The notes under the pieces are model-generated. The model was not told the DNA's origin and did no database searches. It saw nothing but the letters and a program-made list of their open reading frames with translations. A program made the translations under genes and the position numbers. Below, in pieces: positions 24,497 to 32,786 of a DNA stretch of 63,223 nucleotides; positions within the stretch are counted from its first letter, which is position 1, and each line of letters starts with the position of its first letter. Origin of the DNA: Candidatus Parcubacteria bacterium (GTDB taxonomy: Bacteria; Patescibacteriota; Minisyncoccia; Phycocordibacterales; JAKAEA01); contig JAIFWI010000006.1 in NCBI GenBank assembly GCA_019661945.1, positions 1 to 63,223 of the forward strand. Direction: 5' to 3'.

Positions 24497-25045
24497 TTAT
24501 TCTGAAACAAATGAAGACTTTCTTAGTATTAGCTGTACCTCCTTTTGATTGGCATTAACAAATTGAATTTGCCAAATTATATCTGGTCTATAGTAATATC
24601 TACCAATTTTAACTAAGGTTGGTTCTGGGTCTACAGCTTCAGGGAATCGATTAGTTATCTCGCCTCTACCTATAAGTGTTTGTTCACAATGAGCATTTCC
24701 GCAATATCCAGCTTTATAAGCCATAATAAGTTTTCTACAATTGGACTGATTAGTAATTTTCCACCCAAGATTCAATCCCTCAACCGCAAAATTTCCATCT
24801 TTGTCTGTAATTGTTTTGATATTATCACCGTATTGAACCTTTCTAATATCCCCTCCAAAACCTGGCGTTGTACATGAATATTCAATTTCAACTGTTACAT
24901 CTTGTATTCCATTACCACTAATATCAACTATACGACCAGATGTTTCTGAAAAAGAAATATATTTTGGAATACCTAAAAAGACATAGAGACTAATACCTGC
25001 AACTATTACAATAATAATACTAATTATTAAAGAAAATACTTTCAT
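24497..25045 (-). CDS. Membrane-anchored protein with a carboxypeptidase-regulatory-like beta-sandwich
   Basis: Start moved to MKVFSLIISIIIVIV. GRIVDISGNGIQDVTVEI...TDKDGNFAVEGL resembles the CarboxypepD_reg fold signature. Confidence 0.55.
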   Translation of the reverse strand: MKVFSLIISIIIVIVAGISLYVFLGIPKYISFSETSGRIVDISGNGIQDVTVEIEYSCTTPGFGGDIRKVQYGDNIKTITDKDGNFAVEGLNLGWKITNQSNCRKLIMAYKAGYCGNAHCEQTLIGRGEITNRFPEAVDPEPTLVKIGRYYYRPDIIWQIQFVNANQKEVQLILRKSSFVSE

Positions 25046-25068
25046 ATTGCATCCATTGTACCACAAAG

Positions 25069-25108
25069 GATGGGCTTGGGTCGGGAGCTGGACAGGCTTA
25101 GAACCTAT
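25069..25108 (-). repeat. Array element E6
   Basis: The + strand is gatgggcttgggtcgggagctggacaggcttagaacctat. The reverse strand forms the T-arm-like hairpin AUAGG UUCUAAG CCUGU. Confidence 0.7.
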
Positions 25109-25112
25109 ATAT

Positions 25113-26273
25113 CTATTCAGTAACAGTGAAATCTACCGCCTTGCTCTCAACCGCATGTCTGATTAGGTATATCTTATATTTTCCTGGCACTACCGTAAAA
25201 TTAGATTTGCAATACCAATCGATATTGTATATACAGAGACTCGATTTTATATTTACCTTGGCAAGCGAAGCTGTACTTCTTGGTTCAGGAAATAACATAC
25301 CCTTTTCACCCTTAACATTTTCAATGATAATAATGAAATCACTTACATCTCCACCGAAATTCTTACCCCTAAGCTCTATGTATGTACCAATCTTTCCGTG
25401 ATCTGGAGAAACACTGTTTATGACAGGATCATTAGCTTTACCAGGGAAAGTCTGAGGATATTCATCAAGCGCATTCAAATTAAATGTCTTCTCGGTAGTT
25501 TCTGGCTTTGGAGTGGTCAGTTTTAAAGTAACCTCATTTTCATTTTTCCAACCAATGACATCAACCCCTCCGCCATATTGGAATGTAAGTGGAATAAACT
25601 TTAATGTTTTAAAATCATAAACCCAACCAAAATCATGAGCGGCATTTCGTACAGAGAAAGCAACTTTTGAACCATTAGGTGAAAACTGTACATCTTTAAA
25701 TTCTGCATCTCTACCTGCTTCAAATACAGTATCTTTTTGAACAACCATCGCTGGAATGTTCTGAGTCGATATTACTTTATTATCAATTGATATTTGTTTT
25801 TTATTCCAAGAGACTCCGGTATGCTTAAACGTTGAGAAAATTTTATTAATTATTATTGTATCCTCTGAAGTGCGCGCTACCATATCAAATCCAATATTGT
25901 AAGAAGGATCATATGCTGACTTTAAAAAAATAAACATATCTTCTTTCCATTCAGTATTTTCTTTATTATGTGGATTAGTATTTATACTAATACCGTTATA
26001 TGGGGAATCCGACTCTTTAACTGGGAAATTAATGTCTTCTATAGTTACATACGATTCATCACTATATACAGCTCTCCAATTCGGTGGAGCCTTAATACTG
26101 TAACCATACTTATCATTTCTGTATATCTTCCAACTTGCAGTTTCATCAAGTGCTTCCTGTGGTGCATTGATCTGACTTTGTAAAAAATAGTACCCGCCAC
26201 CGACAAGTACAACTACTAATAAAATAAGCAGGATGGGAGCAAAACCCTTTTTAGCATTTTTCATATTATTCAT
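25113..26273 (-). CDS. Hypothetical secreted/anchored protein with a C-terminal IPT/TIG-like domain
   Basis: 386 aa. KKGFAPILLILLVVVLVGGG anchor, and a C-terminal PVINSVSPDHGKIGTYIELRGKNFGG. Confidence 0.6.
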   Translation of the reverse strand: MNNMKNAKKGFAPILLILLVVVLVGGGYYFLQSQINAPQEALDETASWKIYRNDKYGYSIKAPPNWRAVYSDESYVTIEDINFPVKESDSPYNGISINTNPHNKENTEWKEDMFIFLKSAYDPSYNIGFDMVARTSEDTIIINKIFSTFKHTGVSWNKKQISIDNKVISTQNIPAMVVQKDTVFEAGRDAEFKDVQFSPNGSKVAFSVRNAAHDFGWVYDFKTLKFIPLTFQYGGGVDVIGWKNENEVTLKLTTPKPETTEKTFNLNALDEYPQTFPGKANDPVINSVSPDHGKIGTYIELRGKNFGGDVSDFIIIIENVKGEKGMLFPEPRSTASLAKVNIKSSLCIYNIDWYCKSNFTVVPGKYKIYLIRHAVESKAVDFTVTE

Positions 26274-26424
26274 ATTGTCTCACTAAAATCTAAACACAGC
26301 CATTCGGCTGTGCACAGGTTCGAGTCCCGCAATGGGGTGCCTACTGGGATTCGAACCGATGGAAAGATTAGACAAAAAGGATACTGTTGGTAGGATAAAG
26401 GCAACTCATTTAATATATACGAGC

Positions 26425-26955
26425 ATGTCAGGACATAACAAATGGTCAAAGATTAAAAGGAAAAAGGGCGCGTCGGATGCTCAGAGGAGTAAGCTGTTTG
26501 GGAAATTGGTGCGCTATATTACGGTTGAGGCAAAAAAGTCTGGCGGAAATCTGGCTTCGCCGGGACTGAAGACTGCTATTGAAAAAGCTAAGGAAGCCAA
26601 TATGCCTAATGACACTATCGATCGGGCAGTCAAAAAAGCCGCCACTGACAATTCGGCTCAGATGGAAAATATTACCTATGAAGCGTATGGTCCGGGAGGA
26701 TGCGCGCTTGTCATTGAAGCCCTGACTGATAATCGAAACAAAGCGGCGCAGGAAGTGAAACACATTCTTTCAAATCATGGTTTTTCATTAGCCGCTATGG
26801 GTGCGGCGACGTGGGCGTTTAAAAAAGAAGGCGGCGAATGGATTCCGCAGACGCCTGTTCAGATTAATGAAGAGGATAGTAAAATTTTAGAAGCCCTGAT
26901 TGAGGAGCTTGAAGAAAATGATGAGGTGCAGGATGTGTATACGAATGCAGAATGA
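26425..26955 (+). CDS. yebC: YebC/PmpR family DNA-binding regulator
   Basis: Start at MSGHNKWSKIKRKKG, which is the family signature. The track ORF begins upstream in non-coding sequence. Confidence 0.85.
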   Translation: MSGHNKWSKIKRKKGASDAQRSKLFGKLVRYITVEAKKSGGNLASPGLKTAIEKAKEANMPNDTIDRAVKKAATDNSAQMENITYEAYGPGGCALVIEALTDNRNKAAQEVKHILSNHGFSLAAMGAATWAFKKEGGEWIPQTPVQINEEDSKILEALIEELEENDEVQDVYTNAE

Positions 26956-27455
26956 AAATTATTGCCATAGATCCTGGATATGAAAGACTCGGTATCGCCG
27001 TCATGGAAAAAATTGATGGTAAAGAGGTTTTGTTGTACTCAAGTTGTTTTATAACTTCGAAAGATTTAGCACATCACGAACGCCTGACATTAGTTGGCAA
27101 CGAAGTTGAGCGGATTATTAAAGAATATAAACCTCAAGCCTTGGCTATAGAAAAATTATTTTTCAGTAAGAATCAAAAAACGGCCCTTATGGTCGCCGAA
27201 ACCCGCGGCGTAATTCTCTATACCGCCTCACGTCTAGGCTTGAGCGTGAGCGAATACTTGCCAGTGGATATTAAGATTGCCGTTACCGGCTATGGCAAGA
27301 GCGACAAGAATCATATCATTGCCATGGTCCCCAAACTCGTAAAAATCACCAAGAAAATTCAGTACGATGATGAATATGATGCCATTGCCTGTGGCATTAC
27401 CTATTTTGCCCACGGTTTACCACGTGGCGAAGTTACTAGGTTATCCACAGCTTAA
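26952..27455 (+). CDS. ruvC: Crossover junction endodeoxyribonuclease RuvC
   Basis: 167 aa. MKIIAIDPGYERLGIAV contains the catalytic Asp, with E/D residues further on. ATGA overlap with yebC. Confidence 0.85.
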   Translation: MKIIAIDPGYERLGIAVMEKIDGKEVLLYSSCFITSKDLAHHERLTLVGNEVERIIKEYKPQALAIEKLFFSKNQKTALMVAETRGVILYTASRLGLSVSEYLPVDIKIAVTGYGKSDKNHIIAMVPKLVKITKKIQYDDEYDAIACGITYFAHGLPRGEVTRLSTA

Positions 27456-27545
27456 AACCTCAAATATTGCAAAAAAAGTAGAATCTGATACAACTAAAAA
27501 GCATCAGAAAGAATATTAATTAAAAAGACCAATTATTTGTATTTT

Positions 27546-27764
27546 ATGGGAAACGACGAACTTTTTGAAGAAAAGGATTTAGAAGACCGAGACCTAGCAA
27601 CTTCTAGCTCAGATGATGACGACGATGAAAAAGAGGAAGATGAGGATGCGGGAAAGCTACACCCGGATGAGGAAGAATTTGATAATACCGAAGACGAAGA
27701 CTTTGATGAAGATGATGATGACGACGTCGATGATGATTACGGCGACGGTAAAGGAGAATTTTAA
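27546..27764 (+). CDS. Hypothetical extremely acidic (D/E-rich) small protein
   Basis: 72 aa from the ATG. Mostly Asp/Glu runs, and low complexity, so coding status is uncertain. Confidence 0.35.
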   Translation: MGNDELFEEKDLEDRDLATSSSDDDDDEKEEDEDAGKLHPDEEEFDNTEDEDFDEDDDDDVDDDYGDGKGEF

Positions 27765-28963
27765 TCTATCTCAATTTTAATAAACCGGCGACTGCCAATC
27801 TTGTAAACCCCAGGTTCTTCTATTTTTTCAAACTGGTCTTCTATTTTTTTTCCTGTTCCCATTATTGACGCTGAATGTCCTTCAACGAGACGTCTCCACT
27901 CAGATTTAGAAGGGACAATATTCTTTTGAATAAGAATATCCGCAAGCAATGTTCCCTTTTTTACTTTGACTATTTCTACATTATCAGGCACTCCTCCTTT
28001 CGCAAACGTATTAATGAAATTTTCCTGAGCTTTATCTGCGGCATCTTTGTCATGATAGAGCGTTACAATCTCTCGAGCTAGGCGCATTTTCAAGTCACGA
28101 GGATTTGCATCTCCAGCTAATTCTTTTTCAATAGTTTTTATTTCTTCTTGTTTAACATCAGTACAGAGTAAGAAATATTTAATAATTAAATTGTCATTGA
28201 GTGACATGACTTTGCCGTACATATCATTTGGCTCGTCAGTAATATTAATGACGTTGCCCCATGAGGTAGACATTTTCCGGCCATCGGTGCCTTCAAGCAT
28301 TGCTGTAGCAACAATATCCTGCTCTGGCTGGCCAAAATGTTTTTGAATGACACGGCCGGCTTTTAAATTAAAGAGCTGATCAAAACCGCCAAGTTCAACA
28401 TCGGCTTCTACAGCTACAGAATCATACCCTTGCATCAGGGGATATAAAAATTCCCGCAGAGAGATTTCTTGGCCTTTATCAATTCGCTCTTTGAAATTTC
28501 GTCGAGCAATCATTTGTTGAACAGAAAAACTTTCGGCTAGTTCTGAAATTTCCTGAAAACCCAGTTTCTTAAGCCATTCGCTGTTATATACAAACTCAGC
28601 TTTATCTACATCGATAATCTTGCCAATAATTTTTTTGTAGTTCTTTAAATTCTCATCGATACTTTCACGCGTAATCATTGGCCGTTTTTCAAGTTTGTCG
28701 GATGGGTCACCAATTTGGGCAGTAAAATCACCAACGATAAGAATAATATGGTGTCCAAGATCCTGAAAAGCCTTGAGTTTCCGTAAAACAACGGCCCGGC
28801 CAATGTGAATAGTGTTGCCGGTTGGATCTATGCCTAATTTCACCCGTAATTTTTCACCAGACGTAAGCCTTGACTCTACGTGTTCTTTGACTACAATGTC
28901 CTCAACACCTCTCGTTAGGATGTTACGAATGTTTTCTTCTGACGTATCTATAGATGAATTCAT
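27761..28963 (-). CDS. tyrS: Tyrosyl-tRNA synthetase
   Basis: 400 aa. HIGH-like TIHIGR, KMSKS-like KMSTS, and a C-terminal S4-like domain. Confidence 0.85.
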   Translation of the reverse strand: MNSSIDTSEENIRNILTRGVEDIVVKEHVESRLTSGEKLRVKLGIDPTGNTIHIGRAVVLRKLKAFQDLGHHIILIVGDFTAQIGDPSDKLEKRPMITRESIDENLKNYKKIIGKIIDVDKAEFVYNSEWLKKLGFQEISELAESFSVQQMIARRNFKERIDKGQEISLREFLYPLMQGYDSVAVEADVELGGFDQLFNLKAGRVIQKHFGQPEQDIVATAMLEGTDGRKMSTSWGNVINITDEPNDMYGKVMSLNDNLIIKYFLLCTDVKQEEIKTIEKELAGDANPRDLKMRLAREIVTLYHDKDAADKAQENFINTFAKGGVPDNVEIVKVKKGTLLADILIQKNIVPSKSEWRRLVEGHSASIMGTGKKIEDQFEKIEEPGVYKIGSRRFIKIEID

Positions 28964-28997
28964 AGCGACACTTTAGCACATATGATACGATTTATAA

Positions 28998-31565
28998 ATG
29001 CCGAAAAATTCTAGATATAAAGGGGCTTGGAAGTCCTTCATGACTTGGTTCAAGAGTAAAGATCTGCGAAAACAGATCATTTTGGTCGTTCTTATAGCCT
29101 TTATGTTCATCTCTGGCCTTGTGGCTCTCTGGGTAGCAACATTGCGCATTCCTGACCTTCAATCATTTGAAGACAAAATCCTGTCCGGTTCAACCAAAAT
29201 ATATGATAGAACGGGCGAAGTTTTGCTCTATGATCTGAACCAAGACGTCAAACAGCAAGTCGTACCCTTTGAAAAGATTTCGCCCAATATTAAAGAAGCA
29301 ACAATTGCCATCGAAGATGAGCAATTTTATGCCCATAAAGGAATTCAATTTAACTCAATCATTCGAGCCGTTCTTGTAAACTTGAAAAGCCTTGAGTTCA
29401 GCCAGGGTGGTTCAACTATTACTCAGCAGGTTATAAAAAACGCACTGCTCACGACCGACAAAAAGATTTCTCGCAAAATTAAAGAATGGGTTTTGGCCTT
29501 GAAGCTCGAGCGAGTCATGGCTAAAGATGAAATTTTAAATCTCTATCTGAACGGTACATCATATGGCGGTACATATTATGGTGTCGAAGAAGCCAGCCAA
29601 AACTTTTTTGGTAAATCATCAGAGGAAGTCACCCTGGCCGAGGCAGCCTATCTAGCGGCTATTCCCCAAGCTCCAAGTCGCTACTCGCCTTTTGGCAATA
29701 ACAAGCCTCTCTTGGAAGCCCGCAAAAATTTGGTCCTCGACCGGATGCTCAAAAATAATTTCATTACCAAAGAGGAATATACAGCGGCAAAGGCCGAGAA
29801 GGTGAGCTTTTTACCGCAGCAAAGAAATAATATTAAAGCACCGCACTTTGTAATGTATGTTCGAGAATATTTAATTGAAAAATATGGTGAGGATGTGGTT
29901 CAAAATGGAGGTCTCCATGTTATCTCTACAATTGATTACAAACTCCAGGCCAAAGCAGAAGAGCTGACCAAAAAGCATGCTTTGCAAAACCAAAAGAATT
30001 TTAATGCTTCGAATGCTGCCCTTGTTGCTGTTGATCCAACAACCGGACAAATTTTAGTTATGGTCGGCTCGCGCGATTATTTCGATAAAGAAATTGAAGG
30101 GAACTTTAATGTTGCTCTAGCTAATCGCCAGCCCGGTTCGGCCTTTAAACCATTTGCCTACGCCACAGCTTTTAAAAAAGGGTATACCACCGAGACAGTG
30201 CTTTTTGACTTACCGACTGAATTTAATACAAATTGTGATCCTCAGGGCAATCCGCGCAATTCCACCGCAAAGTGCTACATGCCCCAAAACTATGACTTAC
30301 AGTATCGCGGACCAATGAATTTGCGTAATGCCTTAGCTCAGTCAATTAACATTCCGGCTATTAAAGTTCTCTACCTTGCCGGATTACGTGATACCCTGCA
30401 GACAGCTCAAGACATGGGCATTACCAGTTTAAAAAGTGCTGATACATACGGTCTGACTCTGGTTCTTGGAGGTGGTGAAGTTTCTCCTCTTGAAATGACC
30501 AGTGCTTATGGAATCTTTGCCAATGGCGGTATTCGTAATGCTCACACTCCAATTCTCAAAGTGACTGATAAGCAGGGTAAGGTTCTTGAAGAGTTTACTC
30601 CGGATCCAAAGGAAGTTATTTCTGAGCAGGTGGCCTTAACGGTTACTGATGTCCTCAGTGATAATAATGCTCGGGCTCCTCTTTTCAGCACCAACTCACC
30701 AGCAATGTTCTATGACCGTGAGGTTGCTCTGAAAACCGGTACAACGAACGACTATAAAGATGTTTGGATTTTAGGTTATACACCACAGATTGCCGTTGGA
30801 GCCTGGGCCGGAAATAATAATTACACTTCGATGGAAAAAAGAACATCAGGTACAATTATTGTGCCTCTATGGCGGGCATTTATGGACGAGGCCTTGAAAG
30901 AATTACCCAATGAACCCTTTAAGAAACCGGATCCTATTGATCCAAATACCAGGCCAATATTACGCGGTGTTTGGGGCGGTGCTCAGACGGTGGTGATTGA
31001 TAGAACAACCGGACAATTGGCAACTGATCAGACACTGCCTGAGAATCGAGAAGAACGCGCTATGGGCGGCGGCGAAGTTCATAGTATTTTGTACTGGGTC
31101 AATCGCAATGATCCAACTGGTGCGCCGCCTTCAAATCCTCAGGCTGATTCACAGTTTGAAAATTGGGAGACACCAGTCCGAGCTTGGGCCGCAGCCCATG
31201 GTGGTAGTTTACCTCCAGGCGCCCTTATCTCAAATCCAAGTGGACAGAATCCAGGACAAAACATTAATCCAAATGGTCCAGAGATCCCTGTAGTAACAAT
31301 TCAACATCCATCCCCTAACCAAACATTCGCTCGACCAGACAGGATTCAAATTACTACGTCATATCAAAACAAAAATCCGCTTAAAAAAGCTGAGTTCTAT
31401 ATTAATAACACTCTTATTGGCACCGTCATCAATCCGCCATTTAATCTCTCATTTACCCCGCAAGAAGTGCCTGGCATTAAAGATTCAAATTCCCTCAAAG
31501 CCATTTTGTATGACGTTTTCGACAACAAAGGCGAAACCCAAGTGCAGTTTAACGTCCGACGATAA
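28998..31565 (+). CDS. Bifunctional penicillin-binding protein 1A (glycosyltransferase + transpeptidase)
   Basis: 855 aa. GT51 motifs EDEQFYAHKGI and GGSTITQQ. Transpeptidase motifs SAFKP (SxxK) and KTGTT. Confidence 0.9.
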   Translation: MPKNSRYKGAWKSFMTWFKSKDLRKQIILVVLIAFMFISGLVALWVATLRIPDLQSFEDKILSGSTKIYDRTGEVLLYDLNQDVKQQVVPFEKISPNIKEATIAIEDEQFYAHKGIQFNSIIRAVLVNLKSLEFSQGGSTITQQVIKNALLTTDKKISRKIKEWVLALKLERVMAKDEILNLYLNGTSYGGTYYGVEEASQNFFGKSSEEVTLAEAAYLAAIPQAPSRYSPFGNNKPLLEARKNLVLDRMLKNNFITKEEYTAAKAEKVSFLPQQRNNIKAPHFVMYVREYLIEKYGEDVVQNGGLHVISTIDYKLQAKAEELTKKHALQNQKNFNASNAALVAVDPTTGQILVMVGSRDYFDKEIEGNFNVALANRQPGSAFKPFAYATAFKKGYTTETVLFDLPTEFNTNCDPQGNPRNSTAKCYMPQNYDLQYRGPMNLRNALAQSINIPAIKVLYLAGLRDTLQTAQDMGITSLKSADTYGLTLVLGGGEVSPLEMTSAYGIFANGGIRNAHTPILKVTDKQGKVLEEFTPDPKEVISEQVALTVTDVLSDNNARAPLFSTNSPAMFYDREVALKTGTTNDYKDVWILGYTPQIAVGAWAGNNNYTSMEKRTSGTIIVPLWRAFMDEALKELPNEPFKKPDPIDPNTRPILRGVWGGAQTVVIDRTTGQLATDQTLPENREERAMGGGEVHSILYWVNRNDPTGAPPSNPQADSQFENWETPVRAWAAAHGGSLPPGALISNPSGQNPGQNINPNGPEIPVVTIQHPSPNQTFARPDRIQITTSYQNKNPLKKAEFYINNTLIGTVINPPFNLSFTPQEVPGIKDSNSLKAILYDVFDNKGETQVQFNVRR

Positions 31566-31823
31566 CTAGCGTATATCTCGTGGGGATTTTTTATCTAACA
31601 AAGTTTTGAGATCAGCCAAAATTTCCCCTTTTCGCATAAAGACTTCATTTTTGATTGATGGATGAGAGTATAAATATAAAATACCATCACGAATATCAAT
31701 ATCTTTTTCTTGAAATTCTATTCCTAGATGTTTATGGAGGTTATCTAAAATAGTTTTCTTCGTATCCCGCGAAGAATTCAAAAGCGTTTGAAATTTCGCA
31801 AGAAGACCTTCAAGAGGATTCAT
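31566..31823 (-). CDS. Small DUF721/DciA-like protein (tentative)
   Basis: 85 aa. The pattern DIDIRDGILYLYSHPSIKNEVFMRKGEILADL resembles DUF721. Weak call. Confidence 0.35.
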   Translation of the reverse strand: MNPLEGLLAKFQTLLNSSRDTKKTILDNLHKHLGIEFQEKDIDIRDGILYLYSHPSIKNEVFMRKGEILADLKTLLDKKSPRDIR

Positions 31824-31860
31824 AGGCCTATTCTATCATTATTCAAAAAATAATTTGTAC

Positions 31861-32694
31861 TTATGTATTTTTTATAGCCAGCCATGGAGTGAAGAACTTT
31901 TCTTCTGACATCTCAGGTTTTACGACAGAAAAACCAACCTCATGTAGCATCTCTTCCAATTCTTCTTCTTTAAGATCATAGGTAACATTTGGTAATCCGT
32001 CTTCAACTCCTGTCTCTACATCTTTTATAATCATTTTGGCACGACGTATTCCAGCTTCTTTATCTCTGTTGGTCCAAAAGATAAGCTCTTTCTTCTTTCC
32101 ATCTACTTCAAACACACCAACAGTATCCTTGTGATCAACCTCACTGTCCTTAAATTTATCCAGATAGAGTACACCCCCTTTCGCTAATAAAGAATAAAAG
32201 GCTGATAAGGTGTCTCTGAGTGCTTTTAGGGTGGACTCCTTTGTGATCTCGACATCTTTATTCCAGCCACCACCTGCATACCAGATAGAACTTTTACAGA
32301 TAAGTGCTTTAAATTGTTCTGGATCAAAATGAGCTGGTAAATCTTCCCATAAGCATTTTTCACTACGTACATCTAATCCCTTTGCTTCAGCCTTAGCATT
32401 GAATAATTCTATCTGATCTTCAGAAGCGTCTACGCAAGTGATATTTTTATAACCAATTGCATACATATCAAGAGCAGGAAATCCTGAACCAGCACAGGTA
32501 TCTAATATCTGTGATTCCTTAGTGATGTTATATTCAGCGAATGCTGCGCATAACTCATCAACATACTTAGGAACATTGTAATGCATCTCATAAACACATC
32601 TATCCCATAGGTATGCGAATTTGGGTTCAACTTCAAATTTTCCTAAATCTTTTAATACTGACTGTTCCATATTTTGTATATTTTCATTTTTCAT
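31861..32694 (-). CDS. Class I SAM-dependent methyltransferase (glycine/sarcosine N-methyltransferase-like)
   Basis: Motif I LDTCAGSGFPALDM followed by VDASEDQI, a layout like GNMT/GSMT. Start moved to MKNENIQ (32694), because the longer ORF would overlap the tRNA-like gene. Confidence 0.7.
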   Translation of the reverse strand: MKNENIQNMEQSVLKDLGKFEVEPKFAYLWDRCVYEMHYNVPKYVDELCAAFAEYNITKESQILDTCAGSGFPALDMYAIGYKNITCVDASEDQIELFNAKAEAKGLDVRSEKCLWEDLPAHFDPEQFKALICKSSIWYAGGGWNKDVEITKESTLKALRDTLSAFYSLLAKGGVLYLDKFKDSEVDHKDTVGVFEVDGKKKELIFWTNRDKEAGIRRAKMIIKDVETGVEDGLPNVTYDLKEEELEEMLHEVGFSVVKPEMSEEKFFTPWLAIKNT

Positions 32695-32696
32695 AG

Positions 32697-32770
32697 TAGG
32701 AGGGGTGGGATTTGAACGCCACAACCTCTGGCTAATGTAACCAGTGCTCCGCCAATTGAGCTACCCTCCC
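32697..32770 (-). tRNA. Atypical tRNA-like gene, anticodon CAU (Met/Ile2 type)
   Basis: The reverse strand reads GGGAGGG UA GCUC AAUUGGCG GAGC A CUGGU UACAUUA GCCAG AGGUU GUGG(C)G UUCAAAU CCCAC CCCUCCU A. It forms a cloverleaf, but position 33 is A, position 37 is U, the T-stem has a bulged C and the first pair is G1-U72. Confidence 0.55.
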
Positions 32771-32786
32771 ATTCTGAAATCATTGG

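Noticed and set aside
21691-25108. Interpreting E1-E6 as integron attC sites
   Set aside because: No IntI-like integrase or attI is in the window. The elements lack the R''-L''/L'-R' imperfect palindrome of attC. Most cassettes carry their own promoters. The cassette-like layout is reported, but the integron label is not justified.
26296-26420. Functional tRNA gene in the spacer upstream of yebC
   Set aside because: The T-arm-like strings GGTTCGAGTCC (+) and GGTTCGAATCC (-) are present. However, neither strand gives a proper T-stem, D-arm or 7-nt anticodon loop. The best minus-strand fold is about 66 nt with mismatched stems.
348-27455. Dispersal of ruvA (348), ruvB (17845) and ruvC (26952) as something unusual
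   Set aside because: Unlinked ruv genes are common in bacteria. The yebC-ruvC pairing is a well-known conserved arrangement, so this is not noteworthy.
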